DNA of 42,838 nt from Polyangiaceae bacterium. GTDB taxonomy: Bacteria > Myxococcota_A > Polyangia > Polyangiales > Polyangiaceae. A program made the position numbers and the translations under genes. Shown piece by piece: positions 16,887 through 25,907 of this stretch. The notes beneath the pieces are model-generated. The model was not told the DNA's origin. It was given only the letters and a program-made list of their open reading frames with translations, and ran no database searches. Each line of letters begins with the position of its first letter. Positions within the stretch are counted from its first letter, which is position 1. The DNA is taken from positions 1 through 42,838 of the forward strand of contig JBNLDK010000070.1 of NCBI GenBank assembly GCA_050304295.1. The letters run 5' to 3'.

Positions 16887-19181
16887 TCAGCCCGCGCGAA
16901 GTTCCCCGAGACCCAGCTCCTGGACCTTCTCGATCAGTCCTTGCAGCCTCGACTGCTGGTCGGGAGTCGCCGCCACCATCAACTTGCCGAGCACCGCCGA
17001 CAGCGTCAGGCTCTGGATCTCGCCTGCCGAGAGCGCGGGTCGCGAGAGGATCTCCTTGAGATCCTGGCTCAGGCTCGAGTCGCCAGCGAGGTAGTCCTTC
17101 AGCACTTGCCGCGCCGTCTGACTGCTGTCGACGAAGCCGTCGATGCTCTGCCCCACGCTCACGGCCTTGATGAAGCGGTCGAAGAACTGACCGTCACCAC
17201 CGACGAGCTGCACCTTCGCGTTACCCAGGGCCTTGCCCATGACCTCGGCCTGGTGCCCAGCGACATCCTTGGCCACGCGAATCCGAGACAGCTCGATCTC
17301 CTTGTCCGCCTCCAGGCGGATGCGGAACTCCTCGTGCTCGCGGGCCGTGCCCTCCATCGCCTTGAGAGCGGCGGCTTTCTCGTGCAGACCCGCAGCCTCG
17401 GCGAGCAGTTTCTCGCGGGTCGCGGTGGCCTCGGCCTGCCCCTGCTTCTCGACCGCCACCGCGTCGGCCTCCTTGACCCGGGCCTGGGCGAGCCCCTGCT
17501 GCTCGGCGCCGGCGGCCTCGGCCAGGAGCTTCTCTCGTGTCGCCACGGCTTCCGCCTGGCCCTTCCTCTCGGCGCCGGCCGCTTCGGCGAGAAGCTTCTC
17601 CCGCGTCGCGACCGCCTCCGCCTGCCCCTGCTTCTCGATCGCCCCCGCTTCGGCTTCCCGGACCTTCACCCGCGCGAGCCCTTGCCGTTCCTCGCCGGCC
17701 GCCTGCGCCTGCATCGTCTCCAGGGTGACCCGCGCCTGCGCCAGGCCCTCCTTCTCGATCGCCTGTGCGTTGGCCTCCTTGACGGTGACCTCGGCGAGCC
17801 CCTTCGCCGCCTCCTCGGCCTTGACGCCATCGGCCAGGCGGATCTTCGCCTTGGCGTGCTTGTCGGACGCCTCGAGCGTCGCGTCGGCCTCGACGATCTT
17901 CTGTCGGGCGTGGAACTTCGCCGCCTCTTCCTGAGCCTCGGCGGCCTTGAGCATCTTCACGAGCTGCTCCTGCGCCTCGGCCTCCGCCATGATCCGCACC
18001 ACATCCTTGTTCCGGGTAGCCTCGGACACGGCGCGCAGGTCCTTGATCCGCTCCTCCTCCTCGGCCACCGTCCGATCGACGGCCACCCGGGTGCGCACCA
18101 CATCGGCGATCGCCTTCTTCTCGACCTCGATCGCCTTCTCCTTCTCGATGCGCTGCAGCTCCACCTCGCGCTCACGCGCGATGATCTCGAGCCCCTTCTC
18201 CTTCTCGACGCGCTCCCCTTCGACGGCGACGACGCGTTGCCTACCCCACTGCGCCACCTCCACCTGGCGCTGCTTGTTCTCGTCGGCGATCGCAATCTCC
18301 TCGTCCGACTTGATCCGCGCCAGTTCCGCCTTGCGGCGCTCCTCCGCCTGCACGCGGAGCGTCTCGGCCTGCTCGCGCGCCTGCATGGTGGCGATCTCGC
18401 GCCCCTGCTTCGCCTTCGCGTCCGCCTCCTGCCGCTGCAGCTCGAGGATCGCCTCCTCCGCCTCGACGTTCTGCTTGGTGATGATCTTGCGCTCGTTCTG
18501 CTGGTGATCGTTGGTGAGCACGTTCTGGGCCGCCGTCAGCTCCGTGATCTTGCGGATCCCCTGCGCATCGAGGATGTTCTTCGGGTCGTGGTCCTTGAGC
18601 GGGGTCTGCTCGAGGTAGTCGATCGCCGCGTCTTCGAGAACGAACCCGTTCAGGTCCTTGCCGATGACCTCGATGATCTGGTCGCGGAAGCTCTCCCGTT
18701 CCTTGTACAGCTCCTCGAACTCGAGTCGCTTGCCCACGGTCTTGAGCGCCTCGGAGAACTTCGCGGTGAAGAGCTCCTCGAGCGCGGCGTGCTTGCTGGC
18801 GCGCGCGCACCCGATGGACTGCGCGACCTTGAGCACGTCCTCCTGGGTCTTGTTGACGCGCACGAAGAACGCCACCTTGATGTCCGCGCGGACATTGTCC
18901 TTGCAGATCAGCCCGTCCGCCCCTCGGCGATCGATGTCGATGGTCTTGACCGAGATGTCCATGTACTCGGCGCGGTGAACCACGGGCAGCACCAGCGCCC
19001 CGGTGAAGGTCACGATGGGCTCAGCCGTCATCTTGTTCACGATGAGCGCCGTGCCCTGATCCACCTTGCGGTAGAACTTCCCGAGCAGAACGAGGAACCC
19101 AACCAAGACGAGGACCACGAACCCCGCCACCGAGCCGATCAGGATCAGGTTCTGATCGTCGAATAACCCCTCACCGCCCAT
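16887..19181 (-). CDS. SPFH/band-7 flotillin-family protein (YqiK/FloT-like) with a long Ala/Glu-rich coiled-coil.
   Basis: N-terminal TM LILIGSVAGFVVLVLVGFLVLL, then an SPFH core (ALIVNKMTAEPIVTFTGALVLPVVHRAEYMDISVKTIDI...). The ATG at 19181 has a GGAGGAG RBS 6 nt upstream, whereas the track start at 19202 has none. Internal near-duplicate 66-bp repeats encode GQAEAVATREKLLAEAAGAE twice. Confidence 0.85.
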   Translation of the reverse strand: MGGEGLFDDQNLILIGSVAGFVVLVLVGFLVLLGKFYRKVDQGTALIVNKMTAEPIVTFTGALVLPVVHRAEYMDISVKTIDIDRRGADGLICKDNVRADIKVAFFVRVNKTQEDVLKVAQSIGCARASKHAALEELFTAKFSEALKTVGKRLEFEELYKERESFRDQIIEVIGKDLNGFVLEDAAIDYLEQTPLKDHDPKNILDAQGIRKITELTAAQNVLTNDHQQNERKIITKQNVEAEEAILELQRQEADAKAKQGREIATMQAREQAETLRVQAEERRKAELARIKSDEEIAIADENKQRQVEVAQWGRQRVVAVEGERVEKEKGLEIIAREREVELQRIEKEKAIEVEKKAIADVVRTRVAVDRTVAEEEERIKDLRAVSEATRNKDVVRIMAEAEAQEQLVKMLKAAEAQEEAAKFHARQKIVEADATLEASDKHAKAKIRLADGVKAEEAAKGLAEVTVKEANAQAIEKEGLAQARVTLETMQAQAAGEERQGLARVKVREAEAGAIEKQGQAEAVATREKLLAEAAGAERKGQAEAVATREKLLAEAAGAEQQGLAQARVKEADAVAVEKQGQAEATATREKLLAEAAGLHEKAAALKAMEGTAREHEEFRIRLEADKEIELSRIRVAKDVAGHQAEVMGKALGNAKVQLVGGDGQFFDRFIKAVSVGQSIDGFVDSSQTARQVLKDYLAGDSSLSQDLKEILSRPALSAGEIQSLTLSAVLGKLMVAATPDQQSRLQGLIEKVQELGLGELRAG

Positions 19182-19383
19182 GCTGCTCCTCCGTGCTGGC
19201 ATCCCGCCATGGCAGGACGACCCTCGTTCCTCGGGGCACCCCGCTCCCGAGCCAGGCGGAGACTAGTGCGGGGACCGCGATGGAGCGACCAAAAAGCAGC
19301 GAGGAGGCACGCGGCGCTCCGCGGCGTGGCTGTGGACGAGGTCAGGCCGGTTGTCGCGCTCTTCTGCCACCGGAGCGTCGGCG

Positions 19384-20112
19384 CTACTCCTTGTTCCCCA
19401 GCATCGGGTCGAGGGGCTCCACCAGGTACGCCTCGCGCTGCTCGTCGTAGCCGATGATCAAGGCCCGGTCGCCGCGGCCGAGCTTCCCGGGTTCGGCACG
19501 GACCGCCAGGATGAGCCCAGCCCCGCCATCCTCCAACTGAGCCTGGCCGAAACCCTCGTCGACCCTGCCCGTGCTGACCACACAGACTTGACCCACGAAG
19601 TCGCGGCGCCGCTTCGCCGCCTGAATCTGGAATAGCTGGCCCAGGGGGCGCGTGACGACGCTGGCGATCGGTAGCGCCAGCACCAGCGCCACGAGGAGTA
19701 CCACGATCCCGCCCACCCAGATCGGGCCTGGGACCAGCGGCGCGAGGTAGCGAGACCCCACGAAGGACAGCACGAACCCCGCCGCCACGAGCACGCTCCC
19801 CACCACCGTCGCCGGGGCGTGACGGAGGCTGAGCGCCGAGAGCAGCCCAGTCAATCCCCCCCCAGTCGCGCTCCCGCCCGCGACCGCACCCTCGACCGCT
19901 CCCTCTGCGACCGCCTCCGCAGCCGCCTCCCCGAGCGCCTCGGCGGCCCCTTCCGCCGCAGCCTCGGCGGCGCCCTCTGCGGCCCCTTCGAAGAGACCGT
20001 CGAGGTCCACCGCTCCCACGATCACCAGCAGCCAGTACAGCACCGCCAGCACCAGACCGATCGTGAACACGATGGTGGGAAAACCGAGAACGATGGCGAT
20101 GAACTCCGACAT
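19384..20112 (-). CDS. NfeD/YqiJ-like membrane protein (N-terminal TM segments plus C-terminal OB-fold), the usual flotillin operon partner.
   Basis: MSEFIAIVLGFPTIVFTIGLVLAVLYWLLVIVGAVDLDG..., then a C-terminal beta-rich region VGQVCVVSTGRVDEGFGQAQLEDGGAGLILAVRAEPGKLGRGDRALIIGYDEQREAYLVEP. It sits immediately upstream of the flotillin gene on the same strand, the arrangement seen in yqiJK and yuaF-floT. Confidence 0.65.
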   Translation of the reverse strand: MSEFIAIVLGFPTIVFTIGLVLAVLYWLLVIVGAVDLDGLFEGAAEGAAEAAAEGAAEALGEAAAEAVAEGAVEGAVAGGSATGGGLTGLLSALSLRHAPATVVGSVLVAAGFVLSFVGSRYLAPLVPGPIWVGGIVVLLVALVLALPIASVVTRPLGQLFQIQAAKRRRDFVGQVCVVSTGRVDEGFGQAQLEDGGAGLILAVRAEPGKLGRGDRALIIGYDEQREAYLVEPLDPMLGNKE

Positions 20113-20270
20113 GCGTGGCCCTCGCCGCGGAGTCTACCACGGCGCCGCCCCCCACCCGGAACAACGCCCACGAGGGGCGCCGCCGTCCACCATGAGCGTC
20201 ACCGGCGCCAGCGCGCTGCAAGAGTGCCCCACACCGCCCGGCACGGCACGTGGGGGCCGCGGCTGCCACG

Positions 20271-21884
20271 CTACGGCGCCGTCGGTTCGGGGCGCCGCCG
20301 CTCTCGCCGGCGCGCCGGGCGCGCGCGCGGCACCCAGATCTCGTTCGGGCGAATCGCCATGCCCGCGCGGGTATGCCCGTGGTCGCTGGTGAACAGACTC
20401 CCGTCGCGTCGATAGTGGCGCCGGATGAGCGGACGGAGCGGGACAACGTGCGCGCTGTCGCCGAGAAGGATGGTCTGGTAGTGGTGACCTTTGATCTTGG
20501 CGGTGATGTCGTCGAGCATCGCGTCCTGGATGTCGTCGTTGCCCGTCTTGAGCACGTCGCGGATCGCCATATTGTGAGCCGACGTCTCGCCGTGCCCCGC
20601 GAGCTGGGCGTAGTGTCCCGTCCCCGGGCTGAACACGGGACCCGGCAGGGTCCTCAACTTGGCGAGGGCCGCCGCCACCGCCTGGCGGTCCTCGGTCGTG
20701 GGACGGACTCGCTCGTGCCGGAGATGGAGCAGGCCCAACGCGACGAGGACCGCCACATGGCAGACAGCCAGTGCTCGGGAGCGCCAGCGCTCGTCATCTC
20801 GCGTGGAAAACCAACCGATCAACAATCCCGCCAGCAGCGCGTCGGCGGCAAAGGCGGGAATGAGCACGTTCACCCAGCCGTCGGTGTGCAACATGGAGAC
20901 GTAGCCCGAGACGTTGCCCATCAACCAGAGCCCGCCGTACAGAACCGTCTTCGCCCAGCCGCGACCGGTCGTGATCGGGGCGGCGAGCGCGGCCACCGCC
21001 AGCACGCCATGGATCCCCACCGTTGACCAGAAGTGCCTGAGGAGGAACCGATGCCACTCGTTCCAGCGCCATTCGTGCTGACGCGGCGCCTCGAACACGT
21101 AGAACCAGAACCATCCGTCGGTGGCGGCCTCCAGAGCAACCAGCGCCGCCAACCCCACGAGCAGCGCCGCCAGCGCCAGCGCGAAGAATCGGCGCCGATC
21201 CGCGAACAGCGTGTAGCCGATCGGAGCCAGCGCCAGCAGGAACGCTTGCTGCTTGGTGAAGCACGCGGCCACTAGCAGCAACCCCGCGACCACGGCCGAC
21301 GACAACCCGCGCCGGAACCTGACGAGCCAGCACGCCCCCAGGACCAGCACCAGCATCAGCGTGTCGACCCGCGCGAGCCCGAACCAGAGCTCGGTGGCGG
21401 GAAACGTCGCGACGAACAGGACGACCGAGATCAACCCCGCCCACCAGCAGTGCGTCTCCCGACGCACGAAGTCGAAGAGCACCAGGAGCGACAGCCCCCA
21501 GGCGAGGACCGCCACCCCGCGCAACGCCGGAAGCCCGACCCCGACGAAACGCGCTGCAAGCGCCGAGACCCAGTAGTAGAGCGGCGGGTAGATGTAGGGC
21601 ACGAACTCGGCCCGGGGCGCCACGTACAGAGGCTGGCCCGCCACCACGCGCGCGACGTGGTCGACCATCGCGCCCTCCATCCACTCGATCTCGTACGGGT
21701 ACTGCACGCGAGTCACCGTGGTCACCGCCACCGCGATCAGGACGCGGATACCCACGTAGAGCGCGACCACGCGGAAACCGAGCTCGACCCAGCTCGTCAG
21801 CGTGCGGGGCGAGCGGGGCAGGAACTCGTCGATGCGGCGCATCACCCACGCAGTACTCACGCCGGTCAGCTCTAGCGGGTCCAC
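20271..21884 (-). CDS. Polytopic GT-C-fold membrane glycosyltransferase-like protein (ArnT/PMT-related superfamily).
   Basis: About 12 predicted TM helices. The first periplasmic loop carries the acidic YPYEIEWMEGAMVDH motif, and aromatic-rich loops follow. Start is GTG at 21884, or alternatively the ATG at 21842. Confidence 0.5.
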   Translation of the reverse strand: MDPLELTGVSTAWVMRRIDEFLPRSPRTLTSWVELGFRVVALYVGIRVLIAVAVTTVTRVQYPYEIEWMEGAMVDHVARVVAGQPLYVAPRAEFVPYIYPPLYYWVSALAARFVGVGLPALRGVAVLAWGLSLLVLFDFVRRETHCWWAGLISVVLFVATFPATELWFGLARVDTLMLVLVLGACWLVRFRRGLSSAVVAGLLLVAACFTKQQAFLLALAPIGYTLFADRRRFFALALAALLVGLAALVALEAATDGWFWFYVFEAPRQHEWRWNEWHRFLLRHFWSTVGIHGVLAVAALAAPITTGRGWAKTVLYGGLWLMGNVSGYVSMLHTDGWVNVLIPAFAADALLAGLLIGWFSTRDDERWRSRALAVCHVAVLVALGLLHLRHERVRPTTEDRQAVAAALAKLRTLPGPVFSPGTGHYAQLAGHGETSAHNMAIRDVLKTGNDDIQDAMLDDITAKIKGHHYQTILLGDSAHVVPLRPLIRRHYRRDGSLFTSDHGHTRAGMAIRPNEIWVPRARPARRRERRRPEPTAP

Positions 21885-21961
21885 CCCCTCGGCGCAACGC
21901 GCCAGCGTGACCGGTCGTCACCTCGAGCACGGGCCGCAGCGCGCGCGGCGTGACTCGCGGC

Positions 21962-23497
21962 CTACTCGAGCAGGTGGTCGTACACGCCGGTGTTCAGTTG
22001 CCAGATCAGCTTGAACCGCTCCGCGGAGAAGAGGGGACCGCGGATCACCGGTCGGAGCTTGTCGTAGTACTCGCGGAGCTTGGGGTCCTGGATCTGGTTC
22101 TGTCCCGTGCGCAGCGTCTCCAGATACCCCGGCGGCACGGGCCGACCATAGTGGGCGACACGCCACACCTTCCGGTGGGGCCAGTGCTCGTAGGTCACGT
22201 GGGCCAGCAAGGCGTCCGTCAGGTTCGCCAGATCGAGGATGTGCACATGGGGACCTGCCCCGAGCCCGGACAGCCCCGCGTTGCAATGCAGCTCCGCGAC
22301 CTTGCCAGCGTCAGCCATCTGCCGACCCTCCTGGTACCACCCGCTGCGCTTGAACCCGGTCCGGCGCAGGTTCGCCATGATCCCGGTGTTCTCGAGGTAC
22401 CAGTCACGCTCGTTGACAACTCCGCTCTCGGGCACCGCGGTCGGGCGGGGGTTCTCCCGGAACGGATTGTGGGGGGAGACGAGGATGACCAGCCCCAGTA
22501 CCGCTGCCATCCGCATCACTGCCGTTCGATCGGGCTGCTCGGGCACGTAGCTGGTCAGCAGACACACCGCACCCACCAGCGGCAAGCTGAGGAAACGCCC
22601 CGCCATGAAGTCGCCCGCCACCCAGGCGACGTACGCGAGCTGGAGCAAGATCCCGAGCGCCAGCAGCCGTCGCCCCCAGTCCCGGTGACTCCAGCCGGTC
22701 GCGATCCCCGCACCGATCAGCAGACCTGTCAGCGGATCCCGCTCGAGAGAATCGAGCAGGTAGATGAGGCCCTGGGCGATCATCGTGCCCTTCGGGATGT
22801 CTACGTTGAGCTTGGCGAGCGCCGTGTTGGGGATCAGAAACCCGTAGTAGACGAGAGAGAAGAGTTCCCAGGCGATGATCGGCGAGAGTCCGATGAGAGC
22901 GAGGCGCAGGGAACGACGCCAGGCCAGCTTCGTCCACAGGTAGGCGAGCGCCGGGATCGCGATGAGCGCACTGTCGAGGCGGTTGACGAACATCAGACCG
23001 CCCAGCAGCCAGGCCCACTGAGCGTACCGAATACGCCAGTCGGGGACGAGATAGATCGCCAGAAACCCAATCAGCAACAGGTGGCTCAGCGGGTTCTCCA
23101 GGCCGCTGGTCGAGAAGTCCGCGTAGGACTGGGTGAAGGCCAACGCGACGAGGGCCAGCGCCGCCACGGCACCATCGCGTGCGACTCGGTAGGAGAAAAC
23201 GAGCGCACCCGCCAGCGCGACCACCAGCGATGTCCCCACACAGCTCCAGTACGGCTGGCGAACGAAGGCGTGGGTCACACTGACCAGGAACACCCACAGC
23301 GGGTTGGTGAACCCCTGGACCCGCTCGTCAGGGTTGAAGGTCAACCCGTAGCCGCCCACGAAGTTGTCGACCACGCGCATGCTGATGAACGCGTCGTCGC
23401 ACATCCACGCGCGGCGCGTGACGATCAGGACGAAGGCGACGAGCCCCAGCACGCGGAGGGTATTGCGATCGAAGCCGAGGTCCTGGTCCTGCCGCAT
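21962..23497 (-). CDS. Polytopic GT-C-fold membrane glycosyltransferase-like protein with a DD-containing first loop.
   Basis: MRQDQDLGFDRNTLRVLGLVAFVLIVTRRAWMCDDAFISMRVVDNF..., with many TM helices. The track ORF starts at a TTG (23602). The first ATG is at 23497, so the start is uncertain. Confidence 0.45.
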   Translation of the reverse strand: MRQDQDLGFDRNTLRVLGLVAFVLIVTRRAWMCDDAFISMRVVDNFVGGYGLTFNPDERVQGFTNPLWVFLVSVTHAFVRQPYWSCVGTSLVVALAGALVFSYRVARDGAVAALALVALAFTQSYADFSTSGLENPLSHLLLIGFLAIYLVPDWRIRYAQWAWLLGGLMFVNRLDSALIAIPALAYLWTKLAWRRSLRLALIGLSPIIAWELFSLVYYGFLIPNTALAKLNVDIPKGTMIAQGLIYLLDSLERDPLTGLLIGAGIATGWSHRDWGRRLLALGILLQLAYVAWVAGDFMAGRFLSLPLVGAVCLLTSYVPEQPDRTAVMRMAAVLGLVILVSPHNPFRENPRPTAVPESGVVNERDWYLENTGIMANLRRTGFKRSGWYQEGRQMADAGKVAELHCNAGLSGLGAGPHVHILDLANLTDALLAHVTYEHWPHRKVWRVAHYGRPVPPGYLETLRTGQNQIQDPKLREYYDKLRPVIRGPLFSAERFKLIWQLNTGVYDHLLE

Positions 23498-23805
23498 GAC
23501 GATTCGAGTTGGGAGTACACCATCCCCGCAACCAACCTCAAGCGAACAAGCTCCGACGCCCAGCGCGCAGTTCCCTTCGGCACATCCCGAATTGGGTGAC
23601 AAGTTCCCGCTCCGACAGCGAAAATCGCCGCCCCAGCGCCATCGCCCCCGTTCTGGGCGCCTGCCGCAGCGTCGACTGGATTCGGTCAGTGGCGCGCCGC
23701 GGCCGGGGTCGGCCGCGCATTTCTTCCGCAGCGGACGACCGAGTCACCTCGTGCCACGGCGGCGACGTCGACCCAAGGGCCCGCCACCGCGGCGATCCCC
23801 GGGGC

Positions 23806-24312
23806 TCACTTCCCGTCTGGCGGGTTCACGCGGCACGAGAGCACATCGGCAACCCAAGCGGGGTCCGCCCGGTTGAAGGGCTCGTCGCGAAACCGGACCT
23901 GAAGGTCCGCGGCCTGCTCGACCAAGCGCACGCGACAGGTCGCCGTGAAGCGCTTCTGCGACCGCCGACCCGGTCCCTGGAGGTACTCGACCAGTGCCGG
24001 GTCCTGGAAGAGCCCGGCAGCGAAGAAGAGCTCACGCCCCACCGTGACGACGGGCACGATCGGACGATCGATGGAAGGGAGGCGGCGACCATCGGCGGCG
24101 TGCGCGCACCGATGGGTCCCGTAGACGCGGTCGGACGCGCAGCTGAGCTTGCTCGCATCAATGGGCACGAGCGTGAACTCTGCCTTGACCATTCCCCCCG
24201 CGTGCGGCGGCCGACCGCGGTAGAAAAAGCCCGCAACGGCAAGTCCGATCCCAACCAGAACGAGCCCCCAGTCCCATGCGGCCTGGCGCGCGGACCCCTG
24301 GATCCCCGCCAT
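23806..24312 (-). CDS. Small (about 168 aa) membrane-anchored protein of unknown function, translationally coupled to the upstream PMT gene.
   Basis: Its ATG overlaps the PMT TGA stop (TGATG). Signal-anchor WDWGLVLVGIGLAVAGFFY. Third-codon positions are strongly GC-biased, which supports real coding. The 289-aa track ORF was trimmed because its 5' part overlaps the PMT gene. Confidence 0.45.
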   Translation of the reverse strand: MAGIQGSARQAAWDWGLVLVGIGLAVAGFFYRGRPPHAGGMVKAEFTLVPIDASKLSCASDRVYGTHRCAHAADGRRLPSIDRPIVPVVTVGRELFFAAGLFQDPALVEYLQGPGRRSQKRFTATCRVRLVEQAADLQVRFRDEPFNRADPAWVADVLSCRVNPPDGK

Positions 24313-25667
24313 CAGCGCCAGCTCCGCATCCAGAGACGGGCCTCGAGGCCCTCCTGGGTGAGGGGGATTCGCGACCAGACTGGACTGTAGAACGCCCCCA
24401 CGTCCAGGGCGACGAGGAGGAAGATCAGGGCGAGACGCTTCCGGCGTTCCGCCACCCACGAGACAATGCCAGCCAGCAGGATCACCCCGAGCGCGTAGCA
24501 AGGGAGGTAGTGGTAGATGTAGGGATCCCGTCGGGTCAGCACCCAGGGCGACAGGAATGAGAGCCAACCGACGAGCAACAGCAGGATGCCAAACCCGTGA
24601 GTGGACCAGAGTCCCGTGCCCTCGGGAGTAGCGTGGGCCCGACGCTGGGCCACGGTATGGCGCACCCCATACCAAGCTACCCCACCGAGGGACCCCACGA
24701 CGGCCAGTGAGGTCACGTACCAGGTGAACGGATTGCCGAGGGTCGTCGCGAGGCGGACCGCGTCACGAGAACCGGAGCGCGTGATGACGAGCGGCTTGAG
24801 CGCAACCAGCCAGGTAGGCCAGCTCGAGGTCAGCGGGTGATCCATCTTCGTGGCCGAAGCGTGCTGCAAAGCGAGCCGGCGCGTTTCGGAGAGCGCCGTC
24901 CAGACGTCGGCAGTCTCCCCGGTCAGGGTGAGTCCAAGCCACCAGGGAAAGAGAAACCCCAGGGCATACGCGAGCCCGACGCCGCCGATCGCCATCCCCC
25001 GGCGCCGCGCCGAGAAAGGCGCCAGCCACAGCGCAAAGGCGATCGGCCCCAGCGTGGCCACGCCGGAGATCTTGATGTTGGTCGCCAGCCCCGCCAGCAA
25101 CCCCGCCACGATGAACGTCCAGACCCGCGGACGCAAGGCCACGAGGAGGATCGCCCCCATGGCCAGGGCGACGAGCTGACCGTCGATCAGACCGGTGCGG
25201 GAGTAGGCGATGAGGAATCCGTCCGCGGAGAGCAGACCCATCGCCACCCACGGCGCCAGGCGCCCCGGGAACAGACGTCGGGCCAGAGCGGCACCACAGA
25301 GCAGGATCGAGATACCCGCGATGAGCCCCGGCAGTCGCCAGGCGAACGAGCTATCGCCCAGCAGGTAGAGGCTCGCCGCGATCGTCAGCTTGCCGAGGGG
25401 CGGATGGTCGTTCCAGTCGTCCTTGCCCTGCAGGTAGTTGCGAGCATTCTCGACGAAGTGGTGCTCGTCGAAGGTGAGCGCGTCGGGTGCGCCGAGCGCC
25501 TGCACGCGCAGCACCACGCCCATGACAACCAGTAGCAAGCAGACGACAACCACCGGCGACGGGAGCCAGTCCCACGCCGAACCAGTCGTGCGGGGCCGAG
25601 CGCCGGACGCGTCGGGCTCTTCTCGGGGGTCTTCTCCACCCTCGGCGCGCTCGGGTTCCTGCGACAC
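24312..25667 (-). CDS. Protein O-mannosyltransferase-like glycosyltransferase (GT39/PMT family, GT-C fold).
   Basis: Diagnostic PMT loop-1 motifs LTFDEHHFVENARNYLQGKDDW and HPPLGKL, about 11 TM helices, and a cytoplasmic acidic N-terminus. Confidence 0.75.
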   Translation of the reverse strand: MSQEPERAEGGEDPREEPDASGARPRTTGSAWDWLPSPVVVVCLLLVVMGVVLRVQALGAPDALTFDEHHFVENARNYLQGKDDWNDHPPLGKLTIAASLYLLGDSSFAWRLPGLIAGISILLCGAALARRLFPGRLAPWVAMGLLSADGFLIAYSRTGLIDGQLVALAMGAILLVALRPRVWTFIVAGLLAGLATNIKISGVATLGPIAFALWLAPFSARRRGMAIGGVGLAYALGFLFPWWLGLTLTGETADVWTALSETRRLALQHASATKMDHPLTSSWPTWLVALKPLVITRSGSRDAVRLATTLGNPFTWYVTSLAVVGSLGGVAWYGVRHTVAQRRAHATPEGTGLWSTHGFGILLLLVGWLSFLSPWVLTRRDPYIYHYLPCYALGVILLAGIVSWVAERRKRLALIFLLVALDVGAFYSPVWSRIPLTQEGLEARLWMRSWR

Positions 25668-25702
25668 GGCCGCGCCCTTCTAACATGAGCCGGTAAGCCG
25701 CA

Positions 25703-25819
25703 CTAGAACACCGATCAGCTTGCCCGACGCGGAAAACACCTGTCTCCGGGCGCCAGCAGGGGCGAGACGCCCGGAGACAGGTGCTTCCCGCTGGCACTGC
25801 TGCCCTGTCGGTGTTCTAG
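25703..25819. promoter_or_regulatory. Nested inverted repeats in a divergent promoter region: an outer 12-bp perfect IR (ctagaacaccga/tcggtgttctag) encloses an inner 16-bp perfect IR (cacctgtctccgggcg/cgcccggagacaggtg) with a 15-nt spacer.
   Basis: Outer arms at 25703..25714 and 25808..25819. Inner arms at 25737..25752 and 25768..25783. The element lies between the PMT gene start (25667, minus) and the 25908 plus-strand gene. Confidence 0.6.
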
Positions 25820-25907
25820 GTCGTTGATTTGGAACAACAAACAACCGCTCCCCCTTGCGGTTGCGGTTGAGTCGTGCCTGGGGTCGAATCCTGGAGCCGC
25901 CTTCGCC

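Noticed and set aside
13940-17059. A 1,039-aa ORF on the plus strand, plus many other long ORFs such as 16941..19166, 475..1572, 2234..2839, 21950..23599, 24837..25535 and 25874..27226.
   Set aside because: They lie antisense to or out of frame with well-supported genes (the AAA_5 ATPase, flotillin, beta-helix lipoprotein and GT-C genes). They have low-complexity Arg/Pro/Gly/Ala-rich composition and no motifs. Long spurious ORFs are expected at about 70% GC.
23806-24675. A 289-aa ORF overlapping the 3' end of the PMT gene.
   Set aside because: The 5' 121 codons overlap the strongly supported GT39 CDS in another frame. It was trimmed to the coupled 168-aa ORF that starts at the TGATG overlap.
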